This document shows, piece by piece, positions 37,188 to 46,540 of a stretch of DNA of 64,000 bases. The stretch lies in the NCBI GenBank assembly GCA_035708165.1, contig DASSSZ010000001.1:89772-153771 (forward strand), given 5' to 3'. Position numbers and translations under genes: made by a program. This stretch comes from Minisyncoccota bacterium (GTDB taxonomy: Bacteria; Patescibacteriota; Minisyncoccia; Phycocordibacterales; UBA2100). Within the stretch, counting starts at the first letter, position 1. Each line of letters starts with the position of its first letter. The notes under the pieces were generated by a model that worked only from the letters and a program-made list of their open reading frames with translations, made no database searches and had not been told where the DNA came from.

Positions 37188-38261
37188 ATGGATGTCCCGA
37201 ACATCGTGAAGGTCATCACGCCGGCGGTGGCAGCCTTCGTGATCGGCATTGCCGGGACGCCGCTCCTGACTCATTATCTCTATGCCTACAAGGCCTGGAA
37301 GAAGAAGCCGGGCAAGGTGGCGCTCGACGGGACGGAAGCGACCGAATTCAACCGTCTCCATGGCCACAAGGACGGCGACGAGAACCACACCCCGCGCCTC
37401 GGGGGCATCGTCATCTGGGGCAGCGTGACCATTACCATCATCGGCGTCTGGCTCCTCGCCCGGCTCTTCCCGATGACCGCGCTCGGGAAACTCGATTTCT
37501 TCAGCCGCAGCCAGACATGGATCCCGCTCATGACGCTTCTCGTCGGCGCGATCGTCGGCTTCTTCAATGACATCCTCGATATCCGCGGCATCGTGCACGG
37601 GCTCAAGCTGCGGCATCGCATCGGCATCATCACCGTGCTCTCGCTCTTCATCGGCTGGTGGTTCTGGGCCAAGCTCGGCATCATCGGGGTCTCCATCCCG
37701 TTCGATGGCGTGCTCTATCTCGGCTGGCTCATCATCCCGTTCTTCGTGCTGGTCTCGATCGCGCTGTACGCCTCCGGCGTGATCGACGGCATCGACGGGC
37801 TCTCGGGCGGCGTGTTCGCCTCGATCTTCGCCAGCTACGCGATCATCGCTTTCAGCCAGCAGCAGATCGACCTCGCCGCGTTCGCGGCGACGGTCGCCGG
37901 CGGCATCCTCGCGTTCCTCTGGTTCAATATCCCGCCAGCTCGCTTCTACATGACCGAGACCGGCACGATGGGCCTCACGCTCACGATCGCGGTCCTCGCG
38001 TTCATGACCGATTCGATCGCCGACGGAATCGGCATCTCCGTCCTGCCGATCGTGGGGGGCCTCCTCGTGGTGACCGTCGCATCCAATATCCTGCAGATCC
38101 TCTCCAAGCGCATCCTGGGACGAAAGCTCTTCCGTATCGCGCCGCTGCATCACCATTTCGAGGCCATCGGCTGGCCCGGCTACAAGGTGACGATGCGCTA
38201 CTGGGTGCTCTCGATCGTCCTTGCCTTCGCCGGCGTCATCCTCGCGATCATTGCCTCTTAA
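37188..38261 (+). CDS. mraY: Phospho-N-acetylmuramoyl-pentapeptide transferase
   Basis: Polytopic protein with MraY motifs (HGHKDGDENHTPRLGG...DGIDGL). TGCTATACT lies upstream. Confidence 0.85.
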   Translation: MDVPNIVKVITPAVAAFVIGIAGTPLLTHYLYAYKAWKKKPGKVALDGTEATEFNRLHGHKDGDENHTPRLGGIVIWGSVTITIIGVWLLARLFPMTALGKLDFFSRSQTWIPLMTLLVGAIVGFFNDILDIRGIVHGLKLRHRIGIITVLSLFIGWWFWAKLGIIGVSIPFDGVLYLGWLIIPFFVLVSIALYASGVIDGIDGLSGGVFASIFASYAIIAFSQQQIDLAAFAATVAGGILAFLWFNIPPARFYMTETGTMGLTLTIAVLAFMTDSIADGIGISVLPIVGGLLVVTVASNILQILSKRILGRKLFRIAPLHHHFEAIGWPGYKVTMRYWVLSIVLAFAGVILAIIAS

Positions 38262-38267
38262 GGCCGT

Positions 38268-39386
38268 ATGGTCCGCTTGCGCACGCACATCGACCGGCAG
38301 CTCGCGCTGATCCTGCTTGCGATCGTCGTGCTCGGCCTCGTCATCTTCTTCTCCGCCGCTCTCGGACAGCTCGCGCGGACGGACCAGCCCATCACGACGA
38401 TCCTCTTCAGCCATCTCGTGCTCGGCGTAGGGATCGGCACCGTGCTCCTCCTCATCGCGGCGAGGGTGCCATACCGGCTGTACAAGAAAGCGGCGCCGTA
38501 CTTCTACGGCGGCTCGGTGCTGCTGACCGCGCTCACGCTCATCCCTGCGCTCTCGCTCTCGACAAAGGGCGCCTCCCGCTGGCTCATCATCGGCCCGCTC
38601 TCCGTGCAGCCTTCTGAGTTCCTCAAAATCGGCGTCATTGCGCTGCTCGCCTGGTATCTCACGACCTACCGCACGAAGCTGCGGGATTGGCGCTACGGGC
38701 TCGGCGGCTATCTTGCCATCCTTGCAGTCCCGGCGCTCCTGCTGCTCAAGCAGCCGGATACCGGCACGCTCGGCGTGATCGCGTTCACGACGCTCGCGAT
38801 GTTCTGGGCGGCAGGGGCGCAGTGGCGCCAGCTCGGCGCGCTCGCCGCGATCGGCATCGTGCTCCTCGCAGGGTTGGCGCTGGTGCGCCCGTACGTCCTG
38901 GAGCGCGTGACGACATTCCTGCACCCGAACGCGAACGGGCAGACGAGCGGATATCAGATCCAGCAGTCGCTGATCGCGATCGGCTCGGGCGGCATCACCG
39001 GACGCGGGCTGGGGCAGGGAATCCAGAAATTCTCGTACCTGCCTGAGCCGATGTCCGACTCAATCTTCGCGGTTGCCGGGGAGGAATTCGGCTTCATCGG
39101 CTGCCTCGTCATCGTCGGGCTCTTCGCTGCCTTCGCCATGCGCGGCTACCGCATCGCCACGCGCACGCCGGACCGCTTCGGCGCCCTCCTCGCGGTCGGC
39201 ATCGTGACCTACATCGCCGGCGAGGCGTTCATCAATATCGGGGCGATGCTCGGCATCCTGCCCCTGACGGGAATCCCGCTCATCTTCATCAGCCACGGCG
39301 GCTCCGCGATGCTGGTGGCGCTCGCGTCCGCGGGCGTGCTCCTCAATATCTCGAGCGCAGTGCGGCACGCCCCGGGCGAGGAATAG
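38268..39386 (+). CDS. ftsW: SEDS-family peptidoglycan glycosyltransferase (FtsW/RodA)
   Basis: 10-TM SEDS protein with motifs SEF.K and GEEFGFIG. It sits between mraY and murG. Confidence 0.75.
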   Translation: MVRLRTHIDRQLALILLAIVVLGLVIFFSAALGQLARTDQPITTILFSHLVLGVGIGTVLLLIAARVPYRLYKKAAPYFYGGSVLLTALTLIPALSLSTKGASRWLIIGPLSVQPSEFLKIGVIALLAWYLTTYRTKLRDWRYGLGGYLAILAVPALLLLKQPDTGTLGVIAFTTLAMFWAAGAQWRQLGALAAIGIVLLAGLALVRPYVLERVTTFLHPNANGQTSGYQIQQSLIAIGSGGITGRGLGQGIQKFSYLPEPMSDSIFAVAGEEFGFIGCLVIVGLFAAFAMRGYRIATRTPDRFGALLAVGIVTYIAGEAFINIGAMLGILPLTGIPLIFISHGGSAMLVALASAGVLLNISSAVRHAPGEE

Positions 39387-39433
39387 AGGCAAGGGAGGGC
39401 CATTCCGTGCTACACTGAAGCCATCATTCCGGT

Positions 39434-40573
39434 ATGAAGATCGTCCTGACAGGCGGGGGGAGCGGCGGGCATTTCTACCCGCTCATCGCGGTTGCCGAGC
39501 AGCTCCGCGCGCAGGCCGCGGAACGCAAGCTGCTCGATCCGGAGCTCATCTACCTGGGGCCCGAGCCCTTCGACCGCGAGGCGCTGATCGCGCAGGATAT
39601 CGCGTTCGCGAAGACGCCGGCCGGGAAGATGCGGCGCTATGCCTCCATCTTCAACGTCTTCGATGCATTCAAGACGCTCTTCGGCATCATCAAGTCCGTC
39701 TTCCAGCTCTACTCGCTCTACCCGGACGTCATCTTCAGCAAGGGCGGCTACGCCGCGTTCCCGACCATGGTCGCCGCGCGCGTCCTGCGCATCCCCGTCG
39801 TCATCCACGAATCGGATGCACATCCCGGGCGGAGCAACCTCTATGCGGCGAAGTTCGCTCGCGCGATCGGCATCGCGCACCCTGACGCCGCGCATGAGTT
39901 CCCGGAGCGGGTGCGCGATCGCATCGCGCTCGTCGGCAATCCGATCCGCCATGGTATCGAGCACCCGTCTCCTGCCGGCGGGCATGAGTTCCTGGATCTC
40001 CGCAATGACGTCCCGACACTCCTCGTCCTCGGCGGGTCGCAAGGCGCGCAGGCGATCAATGACACGATCATCGACGCCCTGCCGATCCTGGTCGAGCGCT
40101 ACAACGTCGTCCATCAGACCGGCAGCGCGCACCTCGAGGAAGTGAAGGGGCTCGCCCATGTGCGCCTGCGGGAAGGTCGATACGAGGAGCGCTACCGCGC
40201 CTACGGCCTTCTCAACGAGCTCGCGCTTCGCATGGCAGCCGGGATCGCGTCGCTCATCATCGCGCGCGCGGGCAGCGGGACAATCTTCGAGGTCGCGAGC
40301 TGGGGCATCCCGAGCATCCTCGTGCCGATCCCGGAGGACGTATCGCATGACCAGACCAAGAACGCATTCTCCTACGCGAGGAGCGGCGCGGCCGAGGTGA
40401 TGGAGCAGAAGAACCTGACCCCGCATCTCCTCATCGCGGAGGTGGATCGGATCATGGGCGATCCGGCGCTCCGGCAGCAGATGAGCGAAGCGGCGAAGGC
40501 GTTCGCGCGCCCGGACGCGGCTGCGAAGATCGCCCACGTCATCCTCGAGACGGCGCTCGAGCACGCGCAGTAA
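39434..40573 (+). CDS. murG: Undecaprenyldiphospho-muramoylpentapeptide beta-N-acetylglucosaminyltransferase
   Basis: The N-terminal GGGSGGHFYPLIAVAEQL motif and a GT28 C-terminal domain. Confidence 0.85.
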   Translation: MKIVLTGGGSGGHFYPLIAVAEQLRAQAAERKLLDPELIYLGPEPFDREALIAQDIAFAKTPAGKMRRYASIFNVFDAFKTLFGIIKSVFQLYSLYPDVIFSKGGYAAFPTMVAARVLRIPVVIHESDAHPGRSNLYAAKFARAIGIAHPDAAHEFPERVRDRIALVGNPIRHGIEHPSPAGGHEFLDLRNDVPTLLVLGGSQGAQAINDTIIDALPILVERYNVVHQTGSAHLEEVKGLAHVRLREGRYEERYRAYGLLNELALRMAAGIASLIIARAGSGTIFEVASWGIPSILVPIPEDVSHDQTKNAFSYARSGAAEVMEQKNLTPHLLIAEVDRIMGDPALRQQMSEAAKAFARPDAAAKIAHVILETALEHAQ

Positions 40574-40577
40574 GCAT

Positions 40578-41927
40578 ATGGCAGACGAGATCCGCACACG
40601 CATCGCCCCGTCGCCGACCGGGTATCTCCACTTCGGGACCGCGCGTTCGGCGCTATTCAATTACCTCTTCGCGAAGCAATCCGGCGGCATGTTCATCCTG
40701 CGTGTCGAGGATACCGACACGTCGCGCAACCGGCCCGAGTACGATGCCGATATCCTCGATTCGCTCAATTGGCTCGGGCTTGCAGCGGACCGGACCTTCC
40801 GGCAATCCGAGGCGCTCCCGGCGCACCAGGCGGCGTTGCGCGCCATGATCGAAGCCGATCGCGCCTACGTCTCGAAGGAGCCCGCCAAGGACGACCCGTC
40901 GCGAACCGTCGAAGTGATCCGGCTGCGCAACCCGGGGACGAAGATCACGTTCACCGACCTCATCCGCGGCGATATCACTTTCGACACCGGCGAGCTCGGC
41001 GATTTCGTCATCGCGCGCTCGATGAACGAGCCGCTCTACCACCTCGCGGTCGTCGTCGATGATCACGACGCCGGCATCACGCACGTCATCCGCGGCGAGG
41101 ATCACATCTCGAACACGCCGCGCCAGATCCTCATCCAGGAGGCGCTCGGCTACGCGCGGCCCCAGTACGCGCACATCCCGCTCATCCTCGCTCCGGACCG
41201 CAGCAAGATGAGCAAGCGCAAGCACGAGACCTCGCTGCTGCAATTCCGCGCGCGCGGCTACCTGCCGGAAGCCATGGTCAACTACCTCGCGCTCCTCGGG
41301 TGGCATCCCGACGATGACCAGGAGCTCTTCACGCTGCCGGAGCTCGTCTGCGCGTTCGACCTCTCCCGCATCCAGAAGGGCGGCGCCGTGTTCGACCCCG
41401 ATAAGCTCCGCTGGTTCAATAAGCAGTACTTGGGACAGAAGAGCGACGCCGAATTCGCATACGAAGCCGCCGCCGTCCTCAAGGAAGCGCTCGCCGCACG
41501 CGGCGTGGCGTGGCAGCAGGATACCGGCGAGCGCCTGGCACCCCTTCTGCGCGAGCGCGTGAGCGTCTGGGAGGACCTGCGCGCCGAAGCCGAGGCAGGG
41601 GAGTATGACTATTTCTTCGCGCCGCCCGCTCTCGACGCATCCATCCTGCCAGGCAAGCATGCGAGCGCACAGGAAGCTGCGGCGCACCTTTCGCACGCCG
41701 ATCAGCTCCTCAGCTCGCTCAGCCACGACGATTACGCCGCGGAGGTGATCAAGGAAGCGATCTGGCCGTATGCCGAGGAGCAGGGCAGGGGAGCCGTGCT
41801 CTGGCCGCTGCGCTATGCCCTCTCCGGACGCGAGCGCTCGCCTGATCCCTTCACGATCATCGCCGCCATCGGCGTCTCCGATGCGCGCGCGCGCATCAAG
41901 GCAGCGATATCGCTTCTGGTACAATAA
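40578..41927 (+). CDS. gltX: Glutamate--tRNA ligase
   Basis: The HIGH-type motif PSPTGYLHFGTARSA and the KMSKS motif (KMSKRKH). Confidence 0.9.
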   Translation: MADEIRTRIAPSPTGYLHFGTARSALFNYLFAKQSGGMFILRVEDTDTSRNRPEYDADILDSLNWLGLAADRTFRQSEALPAHQAALRAMIEADRAYVSKEPAKDDPSRTVEVIRLRNPGTKITFTDLIRGDITFDTGELGDFVIARSMNEPLYHLAVVVDDHDAGITHVIRGEDHISNTPRQILIQEALGYARPQYAHIPLILAPDRSKMSKRKHETSLLQFRARGYLPEAMVNYLALLGWHPDDDQELFTLPELVCAFDLSRIQKGGAVFDPDKLRWFNKQYLGQKSDAEFAYEAAAVLKEALAARGVAWQQDTGERLAPLLRERVSVWEDLRAEAEAGEYDYFFAPPALDASILPGKHASAQEAAAHLSHADQLLSSLSHDDYAAEVIKEAIWPYAEEQGRGAVLWPLRYALSGRERSPDPFTIIAAIGVSDARARIKAAISLLVQ

Positions 41928-41932
41928 GCGGC

Positions 41933-43153
41933 ATGTCCGCGATCCGTTTCCGATTGGCCGCCTCTGCCGCGCTGATTGCCTGCCTCATGCCGCTTGGCAT
42001 CGCGCGCGGAGCGCTTGCGGCAAGCGCGAGCGATATCACCTCGCAGATCGCGCAGCTGAACGCGAAGATCGCGCAGTACGAAGCAGAGATCAAGCAGGCC
42101 GGCGCCGATAAGAAGACGCTCCAAGCGGCGATCGATTCGCTCGACCTTTCGCGCAAGAAGCTGGAGTCGCAGGTCTCCCTCGTGCAGGCGCAGATCGCGA
42201 AGACGCAGGGCACCATCGACGATCTCGATCAGCAGATCAACGAGACCGAGGCCATCGTTGAGCAGGGCCAGCAAGGGCTCGCGGAGACGATCCGCGCAGT
42301 CGCGCAGGCCGATGACGACACGCTCGTCCTGCAGCTCCTCTCATCCGGGAGCCTGGCATCCGCATGGAGCAACTTCGACGCTGACGGCAGCGTCGAGGAT
42401 GCGATCCGTACGCAAGTCGACGCGCTCGAGCAGCAGGAGCTCACGCTCGCGACGCAAAAGACGCAGCAGGAGCGCCAGCAGGAGACGCTAGCCGACCAGC
42501 GCTCCTCCCTGAAGAGCCAGCAGGCGACGCTCGCGCAGACCGAGGCTTCGAAAGCGGACCTCCTGACCGAGACGGAAGGGAAGGAATCGAAATACGAGCA
42601 GCTGCTCGCTTCCGCGCAGGCGGAGCTCGCGAGCTTCTCGAAGTTCGCGCAGAATGCCGGCGGCTCGGGCATCGTCGGCGAGCAGACGGTCTGCGATGCC
42701 TGGGGCTGCTACTACAACCAGCGCGATGCCGCCTGGGGCACGATGGCGCTCGACGGGACCTCGTATAAGCTCGCGAGCGATGGCTGCCTCGTGACCGCGA
42801 TGGCGATGGTCATGACGCACTACGGCTACCGCGACGTGACTCCGATCACCATCAACAGCAACCCTTCCAACTTCGCCTCGTACGCCCCTGCGTACCTGCT
42901 CAATTCGATCGTCGTCGACGGGGTGACCGCGACGCGCACAACCGCGAGCATCGATGCGACGCTCGCGGGGGGCGACCCGGTCATCGTGGGGCTGCATGCC
43001 TACGGCGGTACGCACTTCGTCGTGCTCGTCTCAGGGAGCAAGGGGAACTACGTGATGCGCGACCCGTACATCTCGAACGGCAAGGACATCAGCTTCTCCG
43101 CGCACTACTCGATGGACGAGATCTACGAGGTAGGGAAGGTCGTCATCAGCTAG
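41933..43153 (+). CDS. Secreted coiled-coil protein with C-terminal papain-like cysteine peptidase domain (C39-like)
   Basis: A signal peptide, about 230 aa of coiled coil, then DGCLVTAMAMVMTHYG (catalytic Cys) and GGTHFVVLV (His). Confidence 0.6.
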   Translation: MSAIRFRLAASAALIACLMPLGIARGALAASASDITSQIAQLNAKIAQYEAEIKQAGADKKTLQAAIDSLDLSRKKLESQVSLVQAQIAKTQGTIDDLDQQINETEAIVEQGQQGLAETIRAVAQADDDTLVLQLLSSGSLASAWSNFDADGSVEDAIRTQVDALEQQELTLATQKTQQERQQETLADQRSSLKSQQATLAQTEASKADLLTETEGKESKYEQLLASAQAELASFSKFAQNAGGSGIVGEQTVCDAWGCYYNQRDAAWGTMALDGTSYKLASDGCLVTAMAMVMTHYGYRDVTPITINSNPSNFASYAPAYLLNSIVVDGVTATRTTASIDATLAGGDPVIVGLHAYGGTHFVVLVSGSKGNYVMRDPYISNGKDISFSAHYSMDEIYEVGKVVIS

Positions 43154-43154
43154 C

Positions 43155-44495
43155 ATGCAGGGAGGGAAGCGGACATACCGGGCATGTGCCCGTATCGCGG
43201 CAGCACTCTGCGCCATCCTGCTCGCCATGCCGGCCGCAGCATTCGCCGCTGCGGCCACCACGACGGCGAGCGGCATCCAGCAGCAGATCGATGATCACAA
43301 CGCACAGATCGCGCAGCTCAAGGCGCAGATCGCCCAGTATCAATCCGAACTCGACGCCACGACCGAGCAGAAGCAGACGCTTCAGAGCGCTCTCGATCAG
43401 CTCGACCTCTCGCGGCGCAAGATCAGCGCGCAGGTCTCCGTCGCGCAGAACCAGATCAGCGCGACGCAGCTCGAGATCACGCAGCTCGGCGGCACGATCG
43501 ACGATACGCAGGCTTCGATCGAGACGGAGAACGAAGGCCTCGCGCAATCGCTCCGCGCGCTCAATGAGAGCGACCGGGAGCCGCTCGCGCTCATGGTGTT
43601 CGGGGCCGATTCCCTGAGCGATATCTGGGAGGATGCGGACGCGATCGCGCAATTCGAGGATCACCTGCAGGCGCAGATCCAGACGCTCGCCGCGAACAAG
43701 GCGGATCTCGAGGACGCGAAGGCGAAGTCCGAGGCGAAGCAGCAGCAGCTCATCGCGGCGAAGAACGATCTCACGGATCAGGAGCACGCGCTCGACGTGA
43801 ACCGTTCGCAGCAGGCGGCGCTTCTCGCGCAGACGAAGGACAAGGAGTCGAATTACCAGCAGCTGATCGCGCAGAAGAAGGCCGCCGAAGCCCAATTCGA
43901 GGATGAGCTCACCGACCTCGAGTCGAAGCTCCAGTACACGCTCAATCCCGCGACCATCCCGACGCGCGGCACCGCTGTGCTCTCCTGGCCCCTGGACCAC
44001 ATCCGGGTCACGCAGTACTTCGGCGATACGGATTTCTCGCGGACGGGCGCCTACGACGGCAAGGGACACAACGGCGTGGACTTCGCCGCTGCGATCGGCA
44101 CGCCGGTCTATGCGGCGGCGGACGGCGTCGTCGCCGATACGGGCAACACCGACAAGGGCGGCTGCTACTCGTACGGCAAGTGGATCCTCCTGCAGTATCC
44201 GGACGGCCTCTCATCCATCTACGGCCATCTTTCCGAGATCGACGTCGCCCCGGGCCAGGCGGTCGCAGACGGCCAGCGGATCGGCTACTCGGGCTTTACC
44301 GGCTACGCGACGGGGCCGCACCTCCACTTCGGCCTCTTCGTCACTGATGCCGTGAAGGTCATGAACCTGGGGACCTGGTATGCGCAGGAGGGCGCGGATG
44401 ACACGACGCCGTGCGCGAAGGCGGGCGTCTCGATCCCGGTCGCCCCGCTCAACGGCTACCTCAACCCGCTCGACTATCTCCCGAAGCTCTCCTAG
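43155..44495 (+). CDS. Secreted coiled-coil M23 metallopeptidase (EnvC/LytM-like)
   Basis: A signal peptide, a coiled coil paralogous to the preceding gene, and the C-terminal M23 motifs HNGVDFAA and GPHLHFG. Confidence 0.75.
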   Translation: MQGGKRTYRACARIAAALCAILLAMPAAAFAAAATTTASGIQQQIDDHNAQIAQLKAQIAQYQSELDATTEQKQTLQSALDQLDLSRRKISAQVSVAQNQISATQLEITQLGGTIDDTQASIETENEGLAQSLRALNESDREPLALMVFGADSLSDIWEDADAIAQFEDHLQAQIQTLAANKADLEDAKAKSEAKQQQLIAAKNDLTDQEHALDVNRSQQAALLAQTKDKESNYQQLIAQKKAAEAQFEDELTDLESKLQYTLNPATIPTRGTAVLSWPLDHIRVTQYFGDTDFSRTGAYDGKGHNGVDFAAAIGTPVYAAADGVVADTGNTDKGGCYSYGKWILLQYPDGLSSIYGHLSEIDVAPGQAVADGQRIGYSGFTGYATGPHLHFGLFVTDAVKVMNLGTWYAQEGADDTTPCAKAGVSIPVAPLNGYLNPLDYLPKLS

Positions 44496-44529
44496 CCTCC
44501 GTGTCCTCGCGCGGCTTCCCCGCCGATAC

Positions 44530-44800
44530 TTGACATTTTCATATTTCATTGTGTTTGCTATTCATGCCGAGGCAGGGGAGTCAGGCGCTAGGGCATCGTC
44601 ATGGCTCTCTGTACGCGGCCTGAGAGGCCAGGCGGGGCCGATGGCGGCCTGTGGGGGCTGCGAGCCGTAGACGGCGCCGCAAAGGAGCGGCAAGCCTGAA
44701 GCCGGTGCCGGCGCGCCGAGCAAGAAGCGCGCACAAGAATGCAGAGCGATGAAGCGAAGGACATAGGAGCTCCTATGGCCGTTTTCTTTTTTCAGACGGG
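44530..44800 (+). ncRNA. Candidate small RNA or micro-ORF unit delimited by a TTGACA promoter and a palindrome with T-tract
   Basis: TTGACA at 44530-44535 in an AT-rich patch. The palindrome CATAGGAGCTCCTATG (44762-44777) is followed by GCCGTTTTCTTTTTTC. No conserved tmRNA, RNase P or SRP motifs were recognised. Confidence 0.3.
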
Positions 44801-44908
44801 AGGGAAGGGCTGCCCGAAGCATCATGCGGATCCATGGGCCATCCATGGCTGAATCGTTATCCCCATATTTCGCTTTACATATATTGTGCGAAGTTATAGC
44901 ATTTGAAT

Positions 44909-45892
44909 ATGACTCTCCGTAAAAGCACGACGCCTATCGCCGAATACGTCCTCCCCTTCCTCGATTACTGCGAAGTCGAGAAGGGATTGTCGAACAACAC
45001 GCAGCGCAATTACCAGCAGTACCTGAAGCTCTTCGTCGGCTGGCTCCAGTCGATCGGAAAGCCGGACCTGTTGCCGCACGAGCTGACTGCCGATCACATC
45101 TGGGACTACCGCCTCTATCTCGCCCGCACGTACAAGACGAAGGCTGGCGATTACCTCGGCAAGAAGTCTCAGAACTATTACCTGATCGCGCTTCGCGCGC
45201 TGCTCGACTTCCTGGCTGATAGGGACATCGAGACGCTCCCCTCCTCGAAGGTGAAGCTCGCGAAGCAGAAGGCGGAAGGCACGCTCGTCTTTCTCGACAT
45301 CAACGACGTGGAAGCGATGCTCGCCGTGCCGGACACGAAGACCACCGCCGGCATCCGCGATCGCGCGATCATGGAGCTGTTCTTCAGCTCAGGCATGCGC
45401 ATCTCCGAGCTGACGGCGCTCAACGTAGATCAGGTCTCCTTCCTCAAGGACGGGAGCACCACGCGCACCTACGAGCTTTCGATCATCGGCAAGGGCAAGC
45501 GCATCCGCACGATCTTCATCTCGCCGCGCGCGGCGCATTGGCTGCGTGCATATCTGGGAGCGCGCAAGGATATGGCGAAGCCGCTCTTCGTGAACCAGAA
45601 GCCGAAGAACAAGGAGGACGACCGCCGCCTCTCTCCCCGCTCGATCCAGCTCATGATCAGCAGGACGGCGATCCTCGCCGGCCTCTCGAAGAAAGTGACG
45701 CCGCACACGCTGCGCCATTCATACGCGACCGATCTCCTCGCCCACGGGGCGGATCTCCGTTCGGTCCAGGAGCTCTTAGGGCACCAGAACGTCGCCACGA
45801 CGCAGATCTACACGCACGTGACGAATAAGCGCCTGCGCGAGATCTACGAGAAGTACCACGGCAATGCAGACGGCGGCGCGCAACGGAGCTGA
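44909..45892 (+). CDS. xerC: Tyrosine recombinase XerC/XerD family
   Basis: N-terminal SAM-like domain, catalytic R...HxxR...Y (LRHSYATDLL...GHQNVATTQIYTHV). TATAGC is 8 nt upstream. Confidence 0.75.
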   Translation: MTLRKSTTPIAEYVLPFLDYCEVEKGLSNNTQRNYQQYLKLFVGWLQSIGKPDLLPHELTADHIWDYRLYLARTYKTKAGDYLGKKSQNYYLIALRALLDFLADRDIETLPSSKVKLAKQKAEGTLVFLDINDVEAMLAVPDTKTTAGIRDRAIMELFFSSGMRISELTALNVDQVSFLKDGSTTRTYELSIIGKGKRIRTIFISPRAAHWLRAYLGARKDMAKPLFVNQKPKNKEDDRRLSPRSIQLMISRTAILAGLSKKVTPHTLRHSYATDLLAHGADLRSVQELLGHQNVATTQIYTHVTNKRLREIYEKYHGNADGGAQRS

Positions 45893-45923
45893 GGGGAGAG
45901 GGCCTGCGGGTCCCCCTGCCCTG

Positions 45924-46520
45924 CTAGGAGCGCCACGGGATATCGAAGCGATAGAACTCCGGCAGGAGTTTCGTACCGTAGAGCAGCCGCGAGATGACTT
46001 CGGCATGGCAGAGCGCGCCCGTGAGCGCATTATGCGGCATCGGCTCTTCCGGGATGCCGCAGTAGACGAGGATCGCATCGAGGTCGAGCGCGGAGCGATG
46101 GCGTTCGGCATCGATGGGCGGCGTCTGCCCGCGCTTCACCATGTGCATCCAGCACAGCGAATGCGTATCGATCGTGCGGTACGCGAGGTCCCACGCATGG
46201 CTGGCGCGCTCGCACGCCGCTCTCGTGAAGTCGCGATCGAACGAGACGTTCTGCCCGGCGAGCGTGCGATCAGCGAACTGCTCGGACCACGCCATGAATT
46301 CGGCGATGAGCTCCCCTTCTGCCGGCTTCGCAGGGTCCGTGATCTCTTCCTGCGTGAAGCCGTTCACCTCGAGCGCCTCTTCCATGATATGCGCGCCGTC
46401 CCAGATGCGGCACTCCATATAGAACCGCGTAGCAGGATTCTCGAGCGAGAGCGCGCCCAAGGAGACGATCGAGTGCTTTTCGTAATTCGTGCCGGACGCT
46501 TCGACATCGATGACGAGCAT
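45924..46520 (-). CDS. DEDDh 3'-5' exonuclease (DnaQ-like, stand-alone)
   Basis: Exo I MLVIDVEASG, Exo III H-x4-D (HNALTGALCHAEV). TGCTACACT is 9 nt upstream of the start on the minus strand. Confidence 0.65.
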   Translation of the reverse strand: MLVIDVEASGTNYEKHSIVSLGALSLENPATRFYMECRIWDGAHIMEEALEVNGFTQEEITDPAKPAEGELIAEFMAWSEQFADRTLAGQNVSFDRDFTRAACERASHAWDLAYRTIDTHSLCWMHMVKRGQTPPIDAERHRSALDLDAILVYCGIPEEPMPHNALTGALCHAEVISRLLYGTKLLPEFYRFDIPWRS

Positions 46521-46540
46521 GACTCCCGCAGTGTAGCACG

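Noticed and set aside
36915-38924. 669-aa minus-strand ORF
   Set aside because: It is an antisense shadow of dacA-like/mraY/ftsW. It has no domain signal and low-complexity D/E/R content.
43146-44069. 307-aa minus-strand ORF
   Set aside because: It is antisense to the M23 peptidase gene. Repetitive L/R/E composition mirrors the coiled-coil codons.
44762-44777. Palindrome CATAGGAGCTCCTATG as a definite intrinsic terminator
   Set aside because: The stem would have no loop unless the central AGCT is opened (6-bp stem). The same sequence also forms a plausible SD plus ATG for a 25-codon ORF. It is left ambiguous rather than called a terminator.
44496-44908. tmRNA, RNase P RNA, SRP RNA or 6S RNA in the large intergenic region
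   Set aside because: No tRNA-like T-arm/CCA end, no GGAAAGUCCGG or ACAGAA-CCGGCUUA RNase P boxes, and no GNRA/AGCAGCC SRP domain-IV motif could be found on either strand. It is kept only as a generic candidate sRNA.
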